Program-made: the position numbers and the translations under genes
Assembly (NCBI RefSeq): GCF_046119375.1
Contig: NW_027362768.1
Location: 369,830,001 to 369,894,000 of the forward strand
Length of the DNA stretch: 64,000 bases
Direction of reading: 5' to 3'
Source of the DNA: Phyllobates terribilis
Lineage: Eukaryota
The notes under the pieces: generated by a model
What the model saw: the letters and a program-made list of their open reading frames with translations, nothing else
Databases searched by the model: none
Told to the model about the DNA's origin: nothing
Part shown: piece by piece, positions 1-11,530 of the stretch
Position numbering within the stretch: position 1 is the first letter of the stretch
Layout: each line of letters opens with the position of its first letter

Positions 1-317
1 ACGTCAGAGGGGCACTGAAGCCGTCTGAATCCAGCGATCCACCCAACTTCAGTGCAGCACTTACAACCTCTTTTTTTTCTTCAGAGCTTGTAAGTGCTAC
101 ACTCCTCGCCTAGTGGACAGCCAGTGCTGAAAGATTGTGGAGGCGGCCTGTAGCCTTTTGCAATTTTAACCATTGAAGGACTTTCTGACTCTTCCCCTGT
201 AGGGCAGTAGACTGGGTCACCAGCGATATTTCTGTCTCCTACCATAGAGCATTGGCCTAGGTGTCTATGGAGTGTGTGACCGGCAGGCTGAGCTCTCTCT
301 TCCCTCTTCATCCTCAG

Positions 318-3300
318 GTCATGGCACATTCCTCCCATCACTGCGCCGTCTGCATGCAGTTTGTCCGGAAGGAGAACCTGCTGTCTCTCGCCTGTCAGCA
401 CCAGTTTTGCCGCAGCTGTTGGGAGCAGCATTGCACAGTTCTAGTGAAAGACGGAGTCGGCGTTGGTAAGATCAGTACATGACGTCTTGTGCTTTCAGCT
501 CCTCGATTAAGACATTGATCCATCATTTCCACCTTCCATTTTTCTTTCACCAGGGATCTCTTGCATGGCCCAGGAATGCTTGCTCCGAACGCCAGAAGAC
601 TTTGTTTTTCCTTTACTTCCTAATGAAGAACTGAAGGACAAATACAAGCGATATCTTTTCAGGGACTATGTAGAGGTATGTCTCTTTAGAACTGCCATTA
701 TTAGGGATGATGAAAGAGGCTCTATCCCCCATGCTTTACACTGCAGGTGTTCTTAGTCTGTCCATTACAGGAAGGATAAAATGAATATAAACTGATAGTA
801 ATATTAGTGAGATGCTATAATTATTCAATATTCGAGTTGGTGAGAATCAATTCACAGGACCCAGTCCAGCGGCCTCTTCGATAATCTGTGGTTTTTGGAT
901 GGAAGCCCTGAGGACCATCTCCTACCTCCCGGCATCCACGACACCTCTTTTGATTAGCCGGTCACGCCGCAAAGACAACATCGTGCCAGGCTGGCTAATC
1001 AAGAGTCGCGGATGCTTGGGAGGTAGGAGATGGTTCTCGGGGGTCCCGTCCAGCAACACCAACTCTATTAGCTATCCCATCTTTAATTATTCACAAGGCA
1101 CCTTCTTCTACCTCCTGAAGTGAGTGGAAGCACTGGTAGCTTTTATAAGGGTGTAACCTCCTGGTTGTGGGGTCACTCTCATCTCCTAAAAAGATGAGAT
1201 ATCGGTAGGATCTGCCATCATTTTATGAACAGTGGGGTCTGACATGAGAATATGGGGTAAATTTGGCGCTGCAGCCTCTACGCTGGTTTTCACTGCACAG
1301 TGGGCGGCTGGAAAAGACTCTGAAATCGGCACTGGGGTCCCTTTATTCTCAGGTTGAAGTCTGCACCGACGCTCGTCTGCACCGACGCTCGTCTGCACCG
1401 ACGCTCGTCTGCACCGACGCTCGTCTGCACCGACGCTCGTCTGCACCGACGCTCGTCTGCACCGACGCTCGTCTGCACCGACGCTCGTCTGCACCGACGC
1501 TCGTCTGCACCGACGCTCGTCTGCACCGACGCTCGTCTGCACCGACGCTCGTCTGCACCGACGCTCGTCTGCACCGACGCTCGTCTGCACCGACGCTCGT
1601 CTGCACCGACGCTCGTCTGCACCGACGCTCGTCTGCACCGACGCTCGTCTGCACCGACGCTCGTCTGCACCGACGCTCGTCTGCACCGACGCTCGTCTGC
1701 ACCGACGCTCGTCTGCACCGACGCTCGTCTGCACCGACGCTCGTCTGCACCGACGCTCGTCTGCACCGACGCTCGTCTGCACCGACGCTCGTCTGCACCG
1801 ACGCTCGTCTGCACCGACGCTCGTCTGCGATCCCAGTGGTCATTCCTCCCACAATCATAACATGATAACATAGCCTAACAATATGGGACTATTCCTTTAG
1901 AGGGACCTGATTCATACTATCCAAACCACGGGCAGCATGAATCATGATTGCGGCTGGTTTTATTTTTCTCTTAAATGCTCCGGTGTTGCAGAAAAAGTAT
2001 TTAAAAAAAATAAATAAACTCTACTAGTCCGGAGCGCCCCAGGATGGCTTTTCCCAGTGCCGCTCCAGATGATGGACAGATCTCTCGCTGTGGGACAGAC
2101 CTGTCAATCACCTCTACATCTTCTAACTATATTTTCTCTAAAATGTCAGAGCGTTTCAAAGAAAAATATATTTGTCAGGCTCCCTTTAAAATCCACTCTC
2201 CCATTGATTTGGGTCCTTTCCTATTGCAATATGGAGGTGAGGGATGATTTCTTCTTGTTTCCTCCCCCAGAGCCACTATCAGCTGCAGCTCTGCCCCGGT
2301 GCTGACTGCCCCATGGTCATACAGGTTCAGGAGCCGAAGGCTCGGCGAGTGCAGTGCAATAGGTGCAGCGAGGTCTTCTGGTAAGTGCCATCCTAGTGCA
2401 ATAGACACCCGGTACGGCCGCGTTATACATTGGCTTCAGATTGGTTTTCCCTTTAGATAAATGGAAACCACTATATATGGGGGGGCTTCTGTTGGCGGTA
2501 CTACCTCATCTAGGAGCATCGCCCTCTAGTGCAAATATTGGAGAGTAATACAGTGCTCTCAATAAATAATTTGTCAATGAACTGAAATATTCAGCACGAA
2601 GCCTTCAGACCCAAATGGGTTACTTTGTCAGGAAAAAGTCTGAAAACTTGCATAGTCTGCCAGAGCCATTTATAAAGGCCTCCGGGGTACTCGGCGTCTA
2701 TAAATCTCCTGCCATTTACTTCTTGCAGTGGGCTGTTGTGTTTTATAACCTTCCCGTCGATATAGATATAACCATTGATCTCTCATATACAGGACAGTGT
2801 CCGCTATTATACGCAGTTTTCATCTTCCTCCATACTTTGTCATTTCTCTACATATTAATCAGCTTCCGGTGCCGCCAAATGTACCATGCCCCCACAGACT
2901 GCGCCACCATCCGGAAGTGGCTAACGAAATGTGCGGACGACTCGGAAACGGCAAACTACATCAGCGCTCACACTAAAGACGTAAGATGTGCAGAACTTAG
3001 AGGGGTCGTCCCAGCGTCTGATAGCTCTGGGGGTCCCACTGCTCAGACCCATTTGAATGGCGCAGCAGTCGATAGTTCTCTGTTGGGATCTCAACAGTGG
3101 GACCCCCAGTGATTATCACTTTTCACAAAAACTGTCAATCATCTGGGCTCATTCTGATCTGCAACATACAGAAAGGGGCATATAAATCGCTGACTCCAGC
3201 ACTGGCACAAAGTGTGATGTTGCTTTAAGAGCCTGGCATTTCCAGCAGCTGTTTGCTGTGTCAGAGCTGGCGGTCAGCGATCCGGCATCACGTCAGCGGT

Positions 3301-6300
3301 AATCGCCGGCTCCCTGTAGTGTAAAACAATCACGTTCCAGAAAATCTCACCCTCTTTCTAGTTTAACCCTTAATTCATATTGGATTTGTTCTGTAGAGGA
3401 AAAAGTGAGAATGACTGACTGAAACTGGCTATGCAAAGCCTCATTCAGAAGACCCTGTGTTACGGGTCCAAGAACGGACTGCAATGCACCAACCGGCTAC
3501 GGGTCTGCTGACTTGTACGCCTATGAGACATCAGAGTTCATCAGACTGTGAAGTCAGGAGACCCCCAGTCAGTGCGCATTTCACGGTCCGTACTTGGACC
3601 ATGATACACAGACGACTGAATGAGGCCTTAGCTCGAGCAATCGAGTGTGGAGCACTGCTATAATACATTGTGTGTGTGTGTGTATCTATATCTAGAGATA
3701 GATAGATGGGTAGATATAGCTATCCATCTATAGAGAGAGAGAGATAGATATCTACATATAGATAGAGATATTGAGATATCGCAATAGAGATATATCTATC
3801 TCTAGATAGAGATAGACATATCTCTATCTATATACAGTACAGACCAAAAGTTTGGACACACCTCATTTAAAGATTTTTCAGTATTTTCATGACTATGAAA
3901 ATTGTACATTCACACTGAAGGCATCAAAACTATGAATTAACACATGTGGAATTATATACTTAACAAAAAAGTGTGAAACAACTGAAAATATGTCTTATAT
4001 TCTAGGTTCTTCAAAGTAGCCACCTTTTGCTTTGTGACTGCTTTGCACACTCTTGGCATTCTCTTGATGAGCTTCAAGAGGTAGTCACCGGAAATGGTCT
4101 TCCAACAATCTTGAAGGAGTTCTCAGAGATGCTTAGCACTTGTTGGCCCTTTTGCCTTCACTCTGCGGTCCAGCTCACCCCAAACCATCTCGATTGGGTT
4201 CAGGTCTGGTGACTGTGGAGGCCAGGTCATCTGGCGTAGCACCCCATCACTCTCCTTCTTGGTCAAATAGCCCTTACACAGCCTGGAGGTGTTTGGGGTC
4301 ATTGTCCTGTTGAAAAATAAATGACGGTCCAACTAAACGCAAACCGGATGGAATAGCATGCCGCTGCAAGATGCTGTGGTAGCCATGCTGGTTCAGTATG
4401 CCTTCAATTTTGAATAAATCCCCAACAGTGTCACCAGCAAAGCACCCCCACACCATCACACCTCCTCCTCCATGCTTCACGGTGGGAACCAGGCATGTAG
4501 AATCCATCCGTTCACCTTTTCTGCGTCGCACAAAGACACGATGGTTGGAACCAAAGATATCAAATTTGGACTCATCAGACCAAAGCACAGATTTCCACTG
4601 GTCTAATGTCCATTCCTTGTGTTCTTTAGCCCAAACAAGTCTCTTCCGCTTGTTGCCTGTCCTTAGCAGTGGTTTCCTAGCAGCTATTTTACCATGAAGG
4701 CCTGCTGCACAAAGTCTCCTCTTAACAGTTGTTGTAGAGATGTGTCTGCTGCTAGAACTCTGTGTGGCATTGACCTGGTCTCTAATCTGAGTTGCTGTTA
4801 ACCTGCGATTTCTGAGGCTGGTAACTCGGATAAACTTATCCTCAGAAGCAGAGGTGACTCTTGGTCTTCCTTTCCTGGGGCGGTCCTCATGTGAGCCAGT
4901 TTCTTTGTAGCGCTTGATGGTTTTTGCAACTGCACTTGGGGACACTTTCAAAGTTTGCCCAATTTTTCGGACTGACTGACCTTCATTTCTTAAAGTAATG
5001 ATGGCCACTCGTTTTTCTTTTTACTTAGCTGCTTTTTTCTTGCCATAATACAAATTCTAACAGTCTATTCAGTAGGACTATCAGCTGTGTATCCACCTGA
5101 CTTCTGCACAACACAACTGATGGTCCTAACCCCATTTATAAGGCAAGAAATCCCACTTATTAAACCTGACAGGGCACACCTGTGAAGTGAAAACCATTTC
5201 CGGTGACTACCTCTTGAAGCTCATCAAGAGAATGCCAAGAGTGTGCAAAGCAGTCATCAAAGCAAAAGGTGGCTACTATGAAGAACCTAGAATATAAGAC
5301 ATATTTTCAGTTGTTTCACACTTTTTTGTTAAGTATATAATTCCACATGTGTTAATTCATAGTTTTGATGCCTTCAGTGTGAATGTACAATTTTCACAGT
5401 CATGAAAATACAGAAAAATCTTTAAATGAGAAGGTATGTCCAAACTTTTGGTCTGTACTGTATATCTATAGATAGGTAGATATTAATAAATATTTATTGC
5501 ATATACACATTTATATATATATATTTTTTTCTTTTTATAGTGCCCCAAGTGCAATATCTGTATTGAAAAAAATGGAGGTTGTAACCACATGGTGAGTAAA
5601 AATGAACAACAAATGCATTTATCACGTTAATCTGACTTTTCAGTATCGTGCTTTTCCTTATTCTTAGCTCATAAGGTGATGACATGTTGCTACGATGTGC
5701 CATCATTTTATATTCAGTGGGTATACGGTCTGTTTTCCTCTGCACAGACCGGGCATACAGGAAACTGCAGAATGTCACCATTCCCTATCAATGAATTGTT
5801 GTGATGTGTGGCGGGGTATGGCTGTGGGGTACAAGACTGTTGGGGGCATCATCAGTGTAGCCCCTTCATTCTCTGTATCGGTGGGGGTCCTAACGGTCAG
5901 ACCTCCACTGATCATATCCTTAGATGTTTGTGGCTCATCCCTCATATATGCCAAAAATATTTGGGGATGCTGTGCCCCCTTCTAAGACCTTTACGGCACC
6001 AATATCGATTGACCGACTCTCCCATTTACATGTTGCACGTGACTGGAGTGTATGGATGATCCTCATGTAACTCTATGTTTAATCTCTTGCAGCAATGCTC
6101 GAAGTGCAAGCACGGTAAGTGTCTCCTGCTCATGTATCACGGGGATATATAACGTTACATTTGTGTATTTGTGGTTAAAGCTGCCATTACTGTAGGCCAT
6201 TGGTTCCATCCTGATGGTGCAATACTACAACTCCCAGCATGCACTGATGGCCACAGGATGCAAAATGTTTTTGCTCCCACAATAATGTAGTAATTGTGTT

Positions 6301-9300
6301 GTCAGACTTCTGCTGGATGTGCCTTGGTGACTGGAAAACACACGGAAGCGAATATTACGAGTGCAGCCGATATAAAGAAAACCCCGATATTGTAAACCAG
6401 AGTCAGCAGGCTCAGGCCAGAGAGGCCCTCAAGAAATACCTCTTCTACTTTGAGAGGGTAAGTAAGATCCGCCAGAAGATTAAAAAAAAAAAAAAATCAT
6501 AACGGCGAAGCCCAGGATTATCCTCCTTTTTGTTTTTACTGTCTGGCAGTGGGAAAATCATAATAAGAGTCTGCAGTTGGAAGCTCAGACCTACCAGCAA
6601 ATTCAGGAGAAGATCCAGGAACGGGTAATGAACAACCTTGGCACCTGGATTGATTGGCAGTACCTGCAAAATGCTGCAAAGTTACTGGCTAAGGTGAGAC
6701 ATCGCGGCACGGTTAACCCCTTCATGACTGTACGATTTTCAGGGGTTTTTTTGCGCTTTTCCTTTTTTCCTCCTTCCATGTGCCATAGCTTTTTTTTTTT
6801 TTTTTCCGCCAATATGGCCGTATGAGGCTGGGCTTGTTCTTTTGCGGGACTAGTTGTACTTTTGAATGACACCATTGATTTTTACCATATAATGTACTGG
6901 AAAACGGGGAAAAAAAATTCCAAGTGCAGGGAAACTTAAAAAAAAAAGTGCAATTCTACAATTTTTTCTTTTTTTTTTATTTATCATGTTCACTTTATGG
7001 TAAAACTGACCGGGAAATATGATTCCTCAGTTTAGTACGAGGACGCAGATACCAAATATGTATACGTTGGGTTTTTTTTTTTTAAGTGGTGAATTTGTAA
7101 AATAAAAAAAATTTCACTTATCACCATTTTCTGAGACCCATAGTATTTTTATTTTTCGGGATCTGGAGCTGGGTGAGGACTATTTTTTTTTTGCTCCCTG
7201 AGCTGATGTTTTTGATACCATTTTGGGGTAGATACGATGTTTTGATCACCTCTTAATGAATTTTATTGCAGCGTTGCGGCGACCAAAAAAAACATAATTG
7301 TGGCGTTTTTTTTTTGTTTTTTTCTCGTTACGTCATTTGCTGATCAGATTGTTTTTATATTTTGATCTGACCTTTCTGAACACAGCGATACCAAAAAGTT
7401 TTTTTTTTCTTTCTAATGGTTTTATTTTCAATAGGGCAAAAAGGGGGTGACTTTTTAAACTTTTTTTTTTTTTTTTTTTTTTTATTTGTGACGCGCTTCC
7501 GGTCAGCACGTACTAAATTTTGCTGTCAGCATTTAACAAGTTAACAGCCGTGAGCGGAGCACCACTCTATCCGCCGCTGTTAAAGGTACTTGATGGCTGA
7601 TTTAATTAGCCATCAAGTGCGGACAAAGATGTGGGCTCTGCATCGGATCCCGCATCAAAGGCAGGGACACTACCTTTGATGTAAATATACGTCAGAGGGG
7701 TTAATGTATTCGGCGCACAGGTCCGGCATCAGTCACTGATTGTATGTTAACGGAGGTCTGGTCTCCGTTCTCGTTTTCTCCTTTCCAGCAATGGTTCTGA
7801 CCCTCCCAGGAACCTGTGTAGGAAATATGTCTCATTCTGCTTGTGTGTTGAGTAATTTTCCATACAGGTTCCCGGGCTTGTCATTACAAGCACTGCCGGA
7901 GACCTGTACAGATCTGCAGAGGCCATAGTCACTAATAGATGTATGTGCCATAGTAAGTTGCTATGAGCATCGCTGCCAGATCTGGAGTGTTACTCCCATC
8001 ATTAACGCCAGTTTTGTTTCTCTTCCTTCTACGTTCAGTGCCGATACACTCTGCAATATACATATCCCTATGCTTACTACATGGAGTCCGGCCCACGTAA
8101 GAAGCTGGTAAGTTCCCGAGCGCGGAGCGGTCTCTAGTGTTTTGTGCATGTGCCGCCGTGTTCACACCTCGCTGCTTTCCTCCTGCAGTTTGAGTATCAG
8201 CAGGCCCAGCTGGAGGCCGAGATCGAGAACCTTTCCTGGAAGGTAGAACGAGCCGACAGCTACGACAGAGGGGTGAGTGCTGCCATCAGGTTCGGACCCT
8301 GCGAGCCGTGTCACACCGCAGAACAAGGGGATGTCCACAACTCGGCTGCACTTATTTGTGCTGCCGAGGAAATAAGCAGAATTTGGGTCATTTTTATCTT
8401 AGAGTTTGCTCAGAAAAGCTGAAAATTTTCCCATTTAAAGGGGTTGTTCATGTTTATCATGGAAGTCTACAGTCATTTTGTGACTATGAACTTCCTGCGC
8501 AGCGAGGATTTTCCAGTGCCGGCGGCGAAACCCGAGCGCAAGTCATGTGAGCGCAAGTCATGTGAGCGCAAGTATGCAATAGAGCGACTGCAGACTTCAG
8601 TGATAAACATGGACAACCCCTTTAAAAGTCGTTCGGATCTACCTTAAAAAGTGTAATAAGGATTGAATAGAAGGTGCACAAACTTTCTGTTGAATCTTTA
8701 CTCTTCTCTGTTCGCATCCTCAAACCCGTGCGGATCCCCACCGATCTACAGGGACTTTAAGGGACTACCAAATGTGATATATTTTTTTACCGAGTTTAGG
8801 TAAACTTGAAAGGTACAGTAAATTCCCATCTTAGAAATTTCTGACACATCCACAAGATAAGCCATAAATGTCTCCCCAGCTCCTGCACCTAGCCCCCACT
8901 GCTGCTGCAGTGTCTGTTGTCAGTACCGCTGACATCACATTGACACCGCTGCTGTCAGTCAGCTCAGCGGCTTATATAGTCTTTTTATTTTTATTTTTTT
9001 TTTCCCCTTTAAAAAAAATATATATATATCTATTTCTCTATCTCACACACGTGGATGTCAAAATAAAAAATTAAAGTCATGGCTCTTGGATGAAGGAGGA
9101 AAAAAAAAATATTACTAACTAANNNNNNNNNNNNNNNNNNNNNNNNNNNNNNNNNNNNNNNNNNNNNNNNNNNNNNNNNNNNNNNNNNNNNNNNNNNNNN
9201 NNNNNNNNNNNNNNNNNNNNNNNNNNNNNNNNNNNNNNNNNNNNNNNNNNNNNNNNNNNNNNNNNNNNNNNNNNNNNNNNNNNNNNNNNNNNNNNNNNNN

Positions 9301-11530
9301 NNNNNCTTTATTTTTTATTTTTCCGGCCACATATCTGTATGATGGCTTGTCTTTTTTGCAGGATGAGCTGTACTCTTGAGTAACACCATTCACTCTACCA
9401 CATGGTGATCTGTGATACGGGGAAAAAAATTCCAAGTGTGGCGATATTGCAAATTAAAGTGCAATTCCACAATTGTTTTTTATTTACCATATTCACTATA
9501 TGGCAAAATGATTCTCCAGGTCAATACTAGTTTGCAAATACCAAACATGTATAGTTTAGTTTATTTTTTATTTAAAGGGGTTTTCCCGCAAATCAAAAAA
9601 ATTCATTTTAATCAATAGATCTTGGAATATTAATAATTTCTACAATTGGATGTGTTTAAATAAAATGTTCCTGTGCTGAGATAATCTTATAAATGTCCCC
9701 TGCTGTGTACTGTGTAATGGCTGTGTCTGACCGTGCAGGAACATGGTCTGATCATACCACAGCTACTGGGCAGGGGAGGAAGCAAAAGAGTATACAGACA
9801 GGACAGCAGGAGATTGCAAATGATTCTTTCTTTGAAGTAAAACGTTGTTTAAAAACAGGCAGGGAAATGTTTTAAATCACAAAAAAAATTAGCAGTGATC
9901 CTTTGCTATCCTGTCTGTATTCTCTTTTGCTTCCTCCCCTGCCCAGGAGCTGTGGTATGATCAGACCATGTTCCTGTACGGTCAGACACAGCCATTACAC
10001 AGTACACAGCAGGGGCACATTTATAAGATTATCTCAGCACAGGGACATTTTAATTACACGCATCCAATTGTGGAAGTTATTATTATTCCAAGATCTTTTG
10101 ATTAAAATGAACTTTCGTTCATGGAAAAACTCCTTTTAAGTGGTGGAAAAAAAATTCCAAAATTTGTGCGGGAAAAAAAAGTTTTTACTTGTCGCTGAGC
10201 CCTTTTCATTTTTCGTGATCTTGGTCTGGGTGAGGGCTTATTTTTTGTGTCCCGAGCTGACGTTTTTACTGATACCATTTTTGGGGTAGATACGATGTTT
10301 TGTTCTCCTCATATTGCAATGTTGCAGCAGCCAAAATAAAAAAACGTAATTCTCGTATTTACATTCTTTTTCCCCCGTTTACACAGTTTACCGATCAAAT
10401 TTATTTTATTTTTATTTTTTTTATTAGTTTATTAAACAATAATAATAATAAAGTACACATTTTGTATATAACCAATATAACGTATACACACTTATAATAA
10501 TTATAAGAAAAGAGCAAGTTTGTATAATGAGTTATTTGTATAAACTTCAATTCCACAAGTCCATATTCTTTTGCGAGTCTTATGGAACAATTGAGGAGTA
10601 ATAAAAAGACTTTATTTTATATTTTCATAGATGGGACATTTCTGAACTCAGCGATACCAAATGTGTATTTTTTTTTTTTCAATAGGGCAAAAAGGGGGTC
10701 ATTTTGAACTTTTTTTTTTTTTTTTCATATTTTTAAAAACTTTTTTTTTCAACTTTTTAGTTTATTAGTGCCCTTAGGATACTTGAAGCTGCGATCGTCT
10801 GTGCTATACATCATGATCTTTGAATGCCGGCCACGAGATGGTGTTCACAGGAGAGTATCTGAATGACAGGGATGGGGGTCATCAGCAGACCCCCGGCTGT
10901 CATGACAACCCATTGGTGCCTCGTGATCACGTTATGGGGGAGTCGATGGGAGCGTGGAATGATGTGCGTGTTAAATCCCGATGTCAGTTTGACAGCAGGA
11001 TTTAACAGGTTAACAGCCGCTTGCGGAGCCCCACTCTACCTGCGGCTGGTAAAGGCACATGACTAATTAAATCAGTCATCACGTGCGGGGAAAGATGTGG
11101 GCTCCGTGTCGGAGATCATAATCAGGGACATGAAGGGGTTAAGATTAGAGGAAAACCCTTTTAAGCCCAATGTATATATACTATGCATTCAGCTCCCCCT
11201 AGTGGTGGCCTCAGGGAACATTAAAACACTATGGGTAATTTTCAAGGGTGGATTTGGGATTGTAAAACATTGCTTCATTATAGAAACCCAGCGCCACCCC
11301 TGTCCGCAGGTCGTGTGTGGTATTGCAGCTCTATCCCATTCACTTCAAAACACCAGACACGACCTTTGGAAGGGGTGGCACTGTTGCTTGCAGAAAGTAT
11401 CCATGTTTTTCTATACCAATAGAGTGGACTGTGACTGATCTGCCTGTTCCTCCCCCAGGACCTGGAGAATCAGATGCATATAGCCGAGCAGCGTAGAAGA
11501 ACTTTGTTAAAGGACTTCCATGATACATAA
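318..11530 (+). CDS. arih2: Ariadne RBR E3 ubiquitin ligase 2 (TRIAD1), 5'-partial, 11 coding exons
   Basis: GT-AG exons in consistent phase: 318-465, 554-675, 2271-2380, 2863-2980, 5541-5591, 6093-6114, 6306-6457, 6550-6693, 8039-8107, 8189-8272, 11459-11530 (TAA). They encode RING1 ([28 protein letters not shown]), IBR (LCPGADC...QCNRC), RING2 with the catalytic Cys ([17 protein letters not shown]) and the Ariadne domain ending [11 protein letters not shown]. Upstream exons lie outside the window. Confidence 0.97.
1359..1828. repeat. 16-bp tandem array (gtctgcaccgacgctc), about 29 identical copies, arih2 intron
   Basis: Direct reading; the overlapping ORFs have a 16-aa period (3 units). 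Confidence 0.95.
3669..3834. repeat. (TG)n plus AT/AG low-complexity microsatellite tract, host site of the Tc1-like insertion
   Basis: tgtgtgtg...tatctatatctagagatagatag; the tract resumes after 5460 (tatatctatagataggtagat). Confidence 0.75.
3835..5460 (-). mobile_element. Full-length Tc1/mariner element, DD38E (Intruder-like), about 265-bp TIRs, inactivated transposase
   Basis: TA flanks (3833-34, 5461-62). Termini CAGTACAGACCAAAAGTTTGGACA. TIRs 3835-4098 and 5193-5460. Transposase ATG at about 5046 with paired-like [16 protein letters not shown] and SPDLNPIE. Frameshifts near 5020, 4290 and 4035 and a TGA at about 4123. Confidence 0.93.
6717..7700. mobile_element. Non-autonomous piggyBac-type (TTAA, CCC...GGG) element in arih2 intron
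   Basis: TTAA|CCCCTTCATGAC...GTCAGAGGGG|TTAA; internal sequence shared with 9306-11138 and 48217-49495. Confidence 0.75.
8439..8621. mobile_element. T2/Kolobok-type MITE
   Basis: TTAA|AGGGGTTGTTC...GGACAACCCCT|TTAA. Confidence 0.7.
9123..9305. other. Assembly gap (183 N)
   Basis: Run of N; MITE-like sequence on both sides. Confidence 0.99.
9306..11138. mobile_element. piggyBac-type non-autonomous element (left end lost in the gap) carrying a nested MITE
   Basis: Ends GGGACATGAAGGGG|TTAA at 11138; homologous to 6717-7700 and 48217-49495. Confidence 0.65.
9576..10135. mobile_element. Long palindromic T2/Kolobok-type MITE nested in the piggyBac-type element
   Basis: TTAA|AGGGGTTTTCC...GGAAAAACTCCT(T)|TTAA; arms about 9615-9800 and 9900-10095 are reverse complements. 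Confidence 0.75.

Noticed and set aside
1186-1871. ORFs of 170-200 aa, or a CRISPR-like array
   Set aside because: A pure 16-bp tandem repeat with no spacers, in a eukaryotic intron.
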